A stretch of 23,673 nucleotides of DNA from Oculatellaceae cyanobacterium bins.114 (GCA_033764315.1 JANRJA010000155.1:1-23673); one strand, 5' to 3'. Counted from the first letter of the stretch, positions 1-8,362 are shown. The notes: generated by a model not told the origin, from the sequence alone. A program made the numbers and translations.

Positions 1-133
1 AAAAAGTCATGAGATCGCAGGACAGATGTTTGATAACGAGTACGATTTAGCAATTGCTGTCATGAATGGAATGGAAGCTCGTAGCCAAGCAGGTAGTTAT
101 GCACTGGAGCGTTTTATATTTAATTACACCTAG
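1..133 (+). CDS. C-terminal end of an IS630-family transposase (5' truncated by window edge)
   Basis: Frame starting at base 2 reads KSHEIAGQMFDNEYDLAIAVMNGMEARSQAGSYALERFIFNYT* (TAG 131-133), which I recognise as the C-terminus typical of cyanobacterial IS630-like transposases. Not in the ORF track because it lacks a start. Confidence 0.7.
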   Translation, partial: KSHEIAGQMFDNEYDLAIAVMNGMEARSQAGSYALERFIFNYT

Positions 134-142
134 CTACTTATA
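1..142 (+). mobile_element. Right end of IS630-like insertion sequence
   Basis: Transposase stop is followed directly by CTACTTATA, ending in TA, the IS630/Tc1 target dinucleotide. The left terminal repeat lies outside the window, so the exact boundary (138-142) is uncertain. Confidence 0.6.
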
Positions 143-170
143 ACCTGCGGAGGCATGCTTTTGCCCGTGT

Positions 171-201
171 AGCGTTCGTCTGAGGCTCACGCCGAACGGC
201 T
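171..201. repeat. Short imperfect palindrome resembling cyanobacterial short dispersed repeats
   Basis: CGTTCG(173-178)...CGAACG(193-198) with inner TGAG-G-CTCA forms a near-continuous hairpin. Confidence 0.45.
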
Positions 202-361
202 GCAACTTGAGTCGCCAATGCTGCTTTATAGAGCACTTCCCAAGGGGTTTTAGTGATCAGCCTTGAATAAATTTGAGGACGGGTTATTAAGAAAGATGCA
301 AGATCTCAGGTAGCTTTAGCAGGAGATGCTTCCAGCGATTACCTAACCCATAACCCACACC

Positions 362-388
362 TATAGCAGTCCTGAATCAGTTGTGAGA
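362..388. repeat. Isolated MITE-like terminal sequence TATAGCAGTCCTGAATCAGTTGTGAGA
   Basis: Begins with TATAGC like the other two elements in the window and resembles a common cyanobacterial MITE terminus. Only a 9-bp complement (CAACTGATT, about 605-613) is seen downstream, so the element is incomplete. Confidence 0.4.
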
Positions 389-731
389 TGGGCGGGTTGT
401 AAGAGGTTGAAAAGTGGGTAAATGAGTAAGTGATTGAGCCAATAGGTGGGTCAATATACTCGAAAGTAGGGAAACGGCATTTAATATTTAAGCAACTCCT
501 CTGGTTTTCCGTGGCTATTTTCGTCTTTGTAAGCTCCTGAAGCCGTGGATAATGCAATAAGGGAGTAGCATAGAGTTTTTAGATTTGATCTCCTGGCTCA
601 AATTCAACTGATTAGTTGGGTGCGGTTACTGCAAAGTGAAACTCTGAAGGAATCGCAAAACGAGTTTTTAGCCCACTCCTAAGAGCAATCTTCAACGATA
701 AACTAGCTAAACGTGTTGCCTTCATCAGCTC

Positions 732-1919
732 ATGCGACATCGGCAAAACCTCATTGAACTCTTCTCAACCTTTATGCAATTTGCCGGTGATCGGTTTAGT
801 GGTTGGCTTTCAGATCCACGCCTAGAGCGAAATATGAAAGCCAACCTGCAACAACCTAATCCAGCTGTCAAAGAACTATCAGAATTTGTTTGGGCGTTGT
901 ATTGGCATGAGCGTTGGCGTAAATCTCCTCAAAGCCCTGCCGCGAGTCATCTTTCTGCTTATTTGCAAGAATCTTGCTACTGGGCAGCCTATAAGATGAT
1001 CAATCGTTTTACCAGCACCCCTTATAAACTGTCAGATTGCTTCCAAATTGCGATCGCAGACCTCCCTAAAATTCTCAATCGCTTTAGTGCGGCTCAAGGA
1101 TCTAGCCTCAAAGCTTATGCTAGTGCTGCTTTTGGCACGGCGATTCGAGACACCCTGCGACAACGACAAGAGGCAGATATTTGCTCTGACTGGGGGTTAT
1201 TACGCAAGCTGAGTCAAAAACGCTTTGTAGACGCATTGGGCATGGCAGGATTGCCTAATAGCAAAATTTCTCAGTATTCTCTCGCCTGGCTCTGCTTTAA
1301 GACTATTTATATTCCATCCAAGGGCACAGCAACACGACAACTGAGCCGCCCCGATCGAGCCACCTGGGAGGCGATCGCTGACCTTTATAACGGCGATCGG
1401 CTACAACTTAAAGACCCTGGGGTCGCATGCAGCCCTGAAATGATGGAACAGTGGCTAAAGTTTTGTGCCGATCGGGCACGCGCCTATCTCTATCCTCCAG
1501 CGTTGTCGCTCAATGCCCCAAAACCTGGATTAGACGATGGAGAATTGCAAGACGATTTACCCGACCCGACTGGAGAAGCACCTCTAAATTTGCTGATGGC
1601 GGCAGAAGAGGCTGAGGTTCGTGATTCGCAAAGAGAGCAAATCAATGCTGTGCTACTCAACGCTCTGCAAACCACCGATCCTGAAGCTCAACAACTGCTG
1701 CAACTCTATTACGGGGATGAGCTGACCCAGCTCCACATTGCTCAACAACTCGGAATTAAGCAATATGCTGTTTCCAGACGCTTATCCAAAACCCGAGAAA
1801 TATTATTACTGGCATTGGCAAGCTGGAGTCAGCAAGTATTGCATATTTCTCTCAGCTCAGACGTAGTTAGCCATATGAACGATGTACTAGAAGAATGGTT
1901 GTATAACCACTTTGAGTAG
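732..1919 (+). CDS. Atypical (group 3/4-like) sigma-70 family RNA polymerase sigma factor
   Basis: 395 aa. Region-2-like ILNRFSAAQGSSLKAYASAAFGTAIRDTLRQ; region 3/4 linker SLNAPK...ELQDDLPD; region-4 HTH LLQLYYGDELTQLHIAQQLGIKQYAVSRRLSK. Confidence 0.85.
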   Translation: MRHRQNLIELFSTFMQFAGDRFSGWLSDPRLERNMKANLQQPNPAVKELSEFVWALYWHERWRKSPQSPAASHLSAYLQESCYWAAYKMINRFTSTPYKLSDCFQIAIADLPKILNRFSAAQGSSLKAYASAAFGTAIRDTLRQRQEADICSDWGLLRKLSQKRFVDALGMAGLPNSKISQYSLAWLCFKTIYIPSKGTATRQLSRPDRATWEAIADLYNGDRLQLKDPGVACSPEMMEQWLKFCADRARAYLYPPALSLNAPKPGLDDGELQDDLPDPTGEAPLNLLMAAEEAEVRDSQREQINAVLLNALQTTDPEAQQLLQLYYGDELTQLHIAQQLGIKQYAVSRRLSKTREILLLALASWSQQVLHISLSSDVVSHMNDVLEEWLYNHFE

Positions 1920-1948
1920 AGCGTCGCTATTCACCACAAGGAGTGTAG

Positions 1949-3169
1949 ATGTTTTCGGGTTTTGAAACACCAAATCAATTTTGGTTAGAGATTCCGGCAA
2001 CGGTGCAAGCTGATGCTTGGCAGCAAAGCCAAGTCTTCTCTACCACCACAAGCCGTTGGAACGCTTATATCAATCAACTCTGTGTAGGAACGTTTTTGCA
2101 CTGGTGGCGTGATAACTCTCCATCTCAGTTGGGTGAAAAGGCTCAGGTAGCAGAACCCTCAACATCGCCTGAATTGTGGGAAGTGGTGAATGGTACTGCT
2201 CTAACACTCGATCACACTCGGTTGGTTCTAATTCCTTCAGAGGCGATCGACACGAGTGAACTGCGAACCCAGCAGGAATGGATCGATATTCCCAGTTGGG
2301 CAGGCGACTATTACCTCGCGGCTCAAGTCAATCCAGACGAACACTGGATTCGATTTTGGGGCTACACCAGCCATCAACACATCAAAGCGAACGGGCACTA
2401 TGAGGTGGGCGATCGCACTTATACACTGCCTTCTAATGCACTCATCGCAGATTTAAACGTGCTGTGGGTGATCCGCCAACTCAACGTTAAAGAAGAGACG
2501 CGAGGCGCGTTGACTCCTCTACCTGAATTAACCCTTGAGCAAGCCGAACTATTGTTACAACAACTTTCACGACCCATGTCTACTACCCATTCGTCTCGGT
2601 TCATGTTTTCATTTGAAATATGGGGAGCACTGCTGCAACATACCGAATGGCGATCGCGCTTGTTGAGCCAATACCACTCAACTCCGGTTGTTGCCACTCA
2701 ACCCACCACAGTCGCCGCCACTAGCCCAAGCCCAGTGCGCCTGAGCCAATGGTTTCAGGATGTATTTGAGGCAGGCTGGGAATCCTTGGAAACTCTGTTT
2801 GGAGAAGCCAACCTCGCTTACAGCTTCCGCAGAACTGAGACAGCAGAAGGCATTCGGCGGGTTAAATTAGTGTCGTTGGAAACTCCGTTGCAACCCCAAT
2901 TGGCAGTGCTGATGATCTCGTTGACGCCTGAGACTGACGGTAGAGTCGAGGTGCAAGTCCAATTGCGTCCTACCCCAGGGGATGTTTATCTACCCGCAGA
3001 CGTGTCGTTGAATCTCCTGTCAATCGCATCTCAACCATTACAATTTGCGCGATCGCGTCAACAAGATAACTACATTCAACTCAAGCGGTTTAAGTGCTTA
3101 CCAGGGTGGGAATTTATCTTGCAGATCGAGTTTAATGGAGCTATCGTCACCGAACACTTCATCAGCTAG
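1949..3169 (+). CDS. DUF1822 family protein (candidate anti-sigma/partner protein)
   Basis: 406 aa with AAGGAG RBS at 1938-1943. Family-like motifs WEVVNGTAL, QEWIDIPSWAGDYYLAAQV and LSQWFQDVFEAGW, plus a C-terminal beta-rich domain (DNYIQLKRF...EHF). Starts 29 bp after the sigma gene. Confidence 0.8.
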   Translation: MFSGFETPNQFWLEIPATVQADAWQQSQVFSTTTSRWNAYINQLCVGTFLHWWRDNSPSQLGEKAQVAEPSTSPELWEVVNGTALTLDHTRLVLIPSEAIDTSELRTQQEWIDIPSWAGDYYLAAQVNPDEHWIRFWGYTSHQHIKANGHYEVGDRTYTLPSNALIADLNVLWVIRQLNVKEETRGALTPLPELTLEQAELLLQQLSRPMSTTHSSRFMFSFEIWGALLQHTEWRSRLLSQYHSTPVVATQPTTVAATSPSPVRLSQWFQDVFEAGWESLETLFGEANLAYSFRRTETAEGIRRVKLVSLETPLQPQLAVLMISLTPETDGRVEVQVQLRPTPGDVYLPADVSLNLLSIASQPLQFARSRQQDNYIQLKRFKCLPGWEFILQIEFNGAIVTEHFIS

Positions 3170-3192
3170 ACCCACACTACAATGCCAACACT

Positions 3193-5586
3193 ATGGGGCA
3201 ATTAGTCGTCTTAAACTTGGGCAGAGGCAATTGGCAGCAGGGGTTTCCGACTGTGATTGCTCAACTTTGGGAGGCGGGCGCAGCACCCATGCAATTTACA
3301 GGCAGTTTGCCAGCCATACCAGAGTTAGAAACTCTTTATGAACAATGGCGATCGCTCTATGAGGCTCTATATGCAGGGCTGCATTGGCGACGGTTATCGT
3401 CTGATCCGGTGCCTGAGATTGAAATTTTAGAAGACGATGTCACCAATGTCTCAGAAACCGAGTTTTTCGCGCTTTGTCGAGACTTGCAAGTGCGGCTAAA
3501 CGCCTGGTTAGATTCTAGAGAGTTTCGCAAAATCGATCGCAGCTTAAGAACTCGTTTGCACCCCGGTGATGAGGTGAGGCTCATCATCACGGCTGAAGAC
3601 AACACGATATTGCGTCTGCCCTGGTGTTTGTGGCAATTTTTAGACGATTATCCTAACGCTGAAATCGCGCTTAGCCCGTTTGAATATCGTCGGTCGATCA
3701 AGTCTGGCATTTCCAGAACTCACGATCAGGTGAGAATTTTGGCAATTTTAGGTAATCCCGATGGCATCGATATAGAGCGGGATCGCCAACTGTTAGAGCA
3801 ACTCCCTAATGTAGAGCTGATTTTTTTGGTTGAGCCTGATCTGGAAACGCTCAACCAATATCTGTGGGGATCAAGCTGGGACATTTTGTTCTTTGCTGGA
3901 CATAGCTCCAGTCATCAAGGCGGGCAGATGCAACTCAACGCCACTGAGAGCATCAGCATTGAGCAATTACGCTATGGTCTCAAACAGGCGATCGCCAATG
4001 GGCTAAAACTGGCTATTTTCAATTCCTGTGATGGGTTAGGGCTAGCCCATGACTTAGCCGATCTACACATTCCACAAGTCATCGTCATGCGGGAACCAGT
4101 GCCCGATCGGGTAGCTCAAGAGTTCCTAAAATCTGTACTCCCTGCTTTTGCCAGTGGGCAATCTCTCTATAAAGCTGTTCGTCAAGCAAGAGAGCATCTC
4201 CAAGCGATCGAGCATGACTTCCCTTGCGCCACTTGGCTCCCAGTTGTTTGTCAAAACCCTGCCGAAGAACCTGTTTTTTGGCAAGATTGGTGCGTCCAAC
4301 CACGCCCCACTGAACCTATCACCGTCTGGCAACGCTGGATAAAACGCCTACCTACTCGCCGCCAACTAGGGCAAGGGCTAGCAGCTAGCATTATGGTCAC
4401 AGGGACACTGTTAGGAGTGCGTTGGCTGGGTTGGTTAGAACCGCTTGAACTCAAAGCATTAGATCATCTGCTGCAAGTCCGCCCCCACGAGAAGCCTGAT
4501 CCCCGTCTTTTGGTGATTACGATCGATGAGGCAGATATTCAAGCTCAAGGGCAAGATCAACGCCGCAGTTCACTGTCAGATGCAACCCTGACTCAACTTT
4601 TAGCCAAATTAGAACAAGCCGATGCCCAAGTGATTGGGTTAGATGTTTATCGAGATTTTTCGGTTGAGGCCGATCAACCCCAATTGGTCGATCAGTTGCG
4701 TCAGGGCGATCGCCTGATTGCGGTCTGCAAGAGCCGCGATCCAGAGGTTGACTCGTTTGGCGTTGCCCCACCCCCTGAAGTGCCTGAGACGCGGGTCGGC
4801 TTTAGCGATTTTCTCAAAGACGAAGATGGAATCGTGCGGCGACATCTCTTGTCGCTGACCCCTGATCCGCTTTCTCGCTGTGCCTCTGCCTATGCATTTA
4901 GTAGCCAAATTGCCTTTCATTACCTGGAAGCACAAGGCATTTCGGCGCAGTTTACCCCCACTGGCAATCTCCAGATTGGTCAGACTGAGTTTCATCGATT
5001 GCGCAACCGCTATGGCGGATATCAGTCGGTTGATGCTGGGGGCAACCAGATTTTGCTCAATTATCGTGCCCTGTCTCATCCTGATAAGATTGGGGCTCAA
5101 GTGACGCTCACCGAATTTTTGCAAAATCCAGTGCAACCCAACTCATTGCGAGACAAAGTTGTCCTGATTGGGGTGACTGCTGCTAGTGGTGGAGACTATT
5201 GGGCAACTCCCTATGGAGCAGATGCTTTTAGAGAACTATCAGGGGTGTTTGTGCAGGCTCATATGGTGAGTCAAATCATCAGTGCCGTGTTAGATGGGCG
5301 ATCGCTGTTGTGGGTCTGGTCAGGGTGGCAAGAGGGTCTGTGGATCTTGAGTTGGGCGATCGTTGGTGGAGGTCTTGCCCTTTGCCTGCGCCAAAAACAA
5401 CGGGTGATTGGGGTGATCGTAATGAGTGCGGCCCTTTATGGAACCTGTGTTGTATTGATTATTACAGGAGGATGGGTGCCCCTTATTCCTTCTGCTGTGG
5501 CGTTAGTGACCACTGGCGGCATTATGACCTACCTCAAAACAAAATCTCTTAATCCAGCCAGCTTCTCCGAAAAGGGATCAGCATGA
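3193..5586 (+). CDS. CHAT (caspase-like) domain + CHASE2 sensor domain membrane protein
   Basis: 797 aa. N-terminal CHAT motifs LPW, FFAGHS (His237, 3901-3903), IFNSCDG (Cys279, 4027-4029) and VMREPVPD. One TM at about aa 395-415, then CHASE2 motifs PDPRLLVITIDEADI, IGLDVYRD, DEDGIVRR, KVVLIG and GVFVQAHMVSQI, then three C-terminal hydrophobic helices. Confidence 0.9.
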   Translation: MGQLVVLNLGRGNWQQGFPTVIAQLWEAGAAPMQFTGSLPAIPELETLYEQWRSLYEALYAGLHWRRLSSDPVPEIEILEDDVTNVSETEFFALCRDLQVRLNAWLDSREFRKIDRSLRTRLHPGDEVRLIITAEDNTILRLPWCLWQFLDDYPNAEIALSPFEYRRSIKSGISRTHDQVRILAILGNPDGIDIERDRQLLEQLPNVELIFLVEPDLETLNQYLWGSSWDILFFAGHSSSHQGGQMQLNATESISIEQLRYGLKQAIANGLKLAIFNSCDGLGLAHDLADLHIPQVIVMREPVPDRVAQEFLKSVLPAFASGQSLYKAVRQAREHLQAIEHDFPCATWLPVVCQNPAEEPVFWQDWCVQPRPTEPITVWQRWIKRLPTRRQLGQGLAASIMVTGTLLGVRWLGWLEPLELKALDHLLQVRPHEKPDPRLLVITIDEADIQAQGQDQRRSSLSDATLTQLLAKLEQADAQVIGLDVYRDFSVEADQPQLVDQLRQGDRLIAVCKSRDPEVDSFGVAPPPEVPETRVGFSDFLKDEDGIVRRHLLSLTPDPLSRCASAYAFSSQIAFHYLEAQGISAQFTPTGNLQIGQTEFHRLRNRYGGYQSVDAGGNQILLNYRALSHPDKIGAQVTLTEFLQNPVQPNSLRDKVVLIGVTAASGGDYWATPYGADAFRELSGVFVQAHMVSQIISAVLDGRSLLWVWSGWQEGLWILSWAIVGGGLALCLRQKQRVIGVIVMSAALYGTCVVLIITGGWVPLIPSAVALVTTGGIMTYLKTKSLNPASFSEKGSA

Positions 5587-5751
5587 GGTGTTTTACAGAT
5601 CAGCAAAGGAGTTGTGCAGCCTGTTTTCATCTATACAATCTTGATGACACAGTAACTCAGATCTAACTCAGTAACAGGATAAGTCCTCTGTATGTTTTTC
5701 AAAGTACTGCCCCAAATGGCATAACCAATGGCAATTTCTTTCTAACTCAGC

Positions 5752-5847
5752 TATAGCGACTGTTAATACTTTTGATACAAAGGAGTGTAGGGGCTGTGCT
5801 CCCAACTAGGGGTTCACCCCATCCCAACCCACTCTTCAGTTGCTATA
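5752..5847. mobile_element. MITE-like element with 11-bp imperfect terminal inverted repeats
   Basis: TATAGCGACTG (5752-5762) and CAGTTGCTATA (5837-5847) match at 10/11, with TA at both ends and a GC-rich GGGG/CCCC core. Confidence 0.6.
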
Positions 5848-5939
5848 TCCAACGATTAAACAGATTGTTGACATTGGGCGATCGCGAAACAGTGTAAAAA
5901 TCTCAAGAAATTGAAGCCATTCTCAGCAAGTTAATTGTA

Positions 5940-5980
5940 TAGATGTGTCAATTTAGATCCGTAGATGTGTCAAATTAAAT
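5940..5980. promoter_or_regulatory. Direct repeat, candidate transcription-factor site upstream of DUF928 gene
   Basis: TAGATGTGTCAA at 5940-5951 and 5962-5973 (22-bp period; 17/19 identity when extended). Confidence 0.4.
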
Positions 5981-6246
5981 AGGTAGGTTATTTAGTTTTT
6001 ACTCTGTTTAATGTTCTTTAGTATTAGATTCCACTGGGGAAGCACTAACGATTCTCTGGTTCTAAGCAAAATGAAGTACATGCAGTGCAGAAACCCTATC
6101 TAAACACCTTTTTGGCTCTCCATTGGGTTTGGAACGACATCCATCCATTTGAAGCAATGCTCATCAGTGTCTTAACAGGCTGCAACCATTCAAGTCACGC
6201 CGATACCGATCCTCAAACCCAAATCCCAATACGCTAGAGGTCAACG

Positions 6247-7029
6247 ATGCTTGGAATTCAGCCCCCATCTCACTTTATGCGCTCTGTTTGTAGTTTTGGT
6301 TTACTAACTACGAGTCTTTTCACCCTTGCTTTTCAGCAACCTGCTCAGGCAATCGGTCATCAGCTCCACCTGAGCCAGATTGTTTTTGCAGCACCTCAAC
6401 CTCCTGCTGACCAAGGCGCGCCATCAGGCAGACGACAAGGGGGAGCAAGCCGTGGCCCTTGCCGTGACTATGAAAACCTGACTGCTTTGACCCCTGTCAC
6501 TTCACAAGGCAAAGTTTGGGGACTCACAACCCTCGATCGTCCAACCTTCTGGTTCCACATTCCCAACAATCTGGGAAATGACGTTCCGATCGAGTTTGTT
6601 TTACAAGATGAGGCTGATAACTATGTTTATCGCACAGCTTTCGATGCGCCTACAACGCAATCTGGCATTATCAACATTGATTTATCCTCCTCATCCGAAA
6701 CCTTAGAAGTCGGCAAAACCTATTATTGGACATTCTCGATTTACTGCGATGCGGCTCATCCCTCAGCATCTGTGTTTGTCAGGGGATCGGTAGAACGAGT
6801 CCCTCTGCCAGATAACTTGGAACAGCAACTCAGAACAGCTAACCCATTAGAGCAAGCTTTCTTGTATGCCGCTAATGGGATTTGGCACGATGCGTTAACC
6901 CAGTTAGCCCTTCTAAAGCAGACCAATCCCAATGATTTACGCATTAATACCGCTTGGGTTGAGTTGTTAGAACAAGCAGGTCTAGAGGCAACTGCCACGG
7001 CTCCGATCGTGCCCATGCTGCACCCTTGA
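6247..7029 (+). CDS. DUF928 domain protein, likely secreted
   Basis: 260 aa. Signal-peptide-like N-terminus (…LFTLAFQQPAQA) and family-like motifs PSGRRQGGASRGPC, PTFWFHIP, LEVGKTYYWTFSIYC and YAANGIWHDALT. Alternative start ATG at 6277. Confidence 0.85.
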   Translation: MLGIQPPSHFMRSVCSFGLLTTSLFTLAFQQPAQAIGHQLHLSQIVFAAPQPPADQGAPSGRRQGGASRGPCRDYENLTALTPVTSQGKVWGLTTLDRPTFWFHIPNNLGNDVPIEFVLQDEADNYVYRTAFDAPTTQSGIINIDLSSSSETLEVGKTYYWTFSIYCDAAHPSASVFVRGSVERVPLPDNLEQQLRTANPLEQAFLYAANGIWHDALTQLALLKQTNPNDLRINTAWVELLEQAGLEATATAPIVPMLHP

Positions 7030-7137
7030 TCAAATCTCTCATCACCCTGTATCTCAGCCGTAAGCGTTGCAATCTTGATAGGGCTTCACAAATCATAAAG
7101 TTGAGGATGAGGCTGTCCCCCTTCTCTTCCAGAAACC

Positions 7138-7845
7138 CTAATTGTTGAGAACCGAAACTAGTTCATCTGTTTGTAATTGAGTCATGCTGGCTTCTAGGGG
7201 TTGGTGTGACTCGATTTTTTTTAGCACATCAAACAGACGAGCAACCTTCTCAAGGTCTTTATCTCCGGGCGATCGCTCCACTCCACTAGAGAGATCAATG
7301 CCATCAGGTTGCACTTGAGTTAGAGCATCTGCAACATTATCAGGATTGATGCCACCTGCTAATAACCAGGGACAATGAGGGCGAAATGCCTGCAAACTGG
7401 CCCAATCTAGGGTCATCCCTGTGCCTCCTAACAAATGGGGATGGTAGGCATCTAGCAACAACCCATCAATCCAGGCTCGATAGAGGTCAGCCTGTTGTAA
7501 GTCTTGAACAGCACGAATGCGTAGAGCTTTGATCACCGCCACTTGAGGTAGAGTAGCGCGCAAATCAGCACAAAACTCAGGGGTCTCATTGCCGTGTAAT
7601 TGGATGACGTTGAGATCGGCGATCGCCACTACCCGCCTAATCTCTGCTAAAGAAGCATTGGCAAACACCCCTGCTCGATCGACAGTTTGATCCCCAGGCA
7701 GCATCTCAATGACCGCTTGAATCTGCTCAGGAGTGACAAATCGAGGAGATTGGGGGACACACATAAAGCCCAGTGCCGTTGCACCCATTTGAGCGATCGC
7801 TCTTCCCTGGCTTGGCTGAGTTATTCCACAAATCTTTACTTTCAT
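7138..7845 (-). CDS. trpF: Phosphoribosylanthranilate isomerase
   Basis: [32 protein letters not shown]...GGTG...[12 protein letters not shown] and GIDLSSGVE...PGDKD motifs. Confidence 0.97.
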   Translation of the reverse strand: MKVKICGITQPSQGRAIAQMGATALGFMCVPQSPRFVTPEQIQAVIEMLPGDQTVDRAGVFANASLAEIRRVVAIADLNVIQLHGNETPEFCADLRATLPQVAVIKALRIRAVQDLQQADLYRAWIDGLLLDAYHPHLLGGTGMTLDWASLQAFRPHCPWLLAGGINPDNVADALTQVQPDGIDLSSGVERSPGDKDLEKVARLFDVLKKIESHQPLEASMTQLQTDELVSVLNN

Positions 7846-7988
7846 TTACGGTTAATTACAAACATTTGCATCATTAAAAGAACAGTTTAGTCACTCAGTC
7901 AATGGCTGAAAGCAAAGATTGATAGGAACTATCGAGAGTTACAGCCAAAATTTAAGCGGATCGGAAATTACATAGATTTGTATCAGTT

Positions 7989-8049
7989 TTAACAGAATTT
8001 GTTAATTCTTCAAACAAAACGTAGTTAGTTACAGGTTACTTTTTATAAT
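7989..8049 (+). promoter_or_regulatory. Putative psaK promoter region
   Basis: Perfect TATAAT at 8044-8049, about 47 bp before the start. Palindrome TTAACA-N5-TGTTAA at 7989-8005 and a GTTAC repeat just upstream of the -10. Confidence 0.4.
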
Positions 8050-8095
8050 CCTTATGATTTCTTCTAATCATTAGTCAAAATCAGGAGAATAAACC

Positions 8096-8362
8096 TTGAT
8101 TCACTCTACTTTAGTATTAGCTGTCGCTTCTACCTCATCCTGGTCACCCAAAATCGCCTTTGTCATGGTTGCCTGCAATCTTTTTGCGATCGCCATTGGC
8201 TATTACGCCATTCAAAAACGGGGTGTGGGTCCTGCATTACCTGTAGAATTACCAGCTATGTTTACTGGGTTTGGCCTGCCAGAGTTGTTGGCAACAGCCA
8301 GTTTTGGTCATGTGCTAGGGGCCGGGTTCATTCTTGGGCTAGCTAACGCTGGCGTACTTTAG
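8096..8362 (+). CDS. psaK: Photosystem I reaction centre subunit PsaK
   Basis: 88 aa, TTG start with AGGAG RBS. WSPKIAFVMVACNLFAIAIG and FGLPELLATASFGHVLGAGFILGLANAGVL are PsaK signatures. Confidence 0.95.
   Translation: MIHSTLVLAVASTSSWSPKIAFVMVACNLFAIAIGYYAIQKRGVGPALPVELPAMFTGFGLPELLATASFGHVLGAGFILGLANAGVL

Noticed and set aside
339-557. 72-aa minus-strand ORF
   Set aside because: No motif or RBS; overlaps repeat debris.
630-650. Shared GAAACT/CCT motif upstream of sigma and DUF928 (about 6090) as an autoregulated promoter
   Set aside because: Too short to distinguish from chance without TSS data.
4639-5136. 165-aa antisense ORF and the other short ORFs nested in long genes
   Set aside because: Shadow frames of well-supported CDSs.
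8021-8032. NtcA box upstream of psaK
   Set aside because: Spacing is GTA-N6-TAC, not GTA-N8-TAC.
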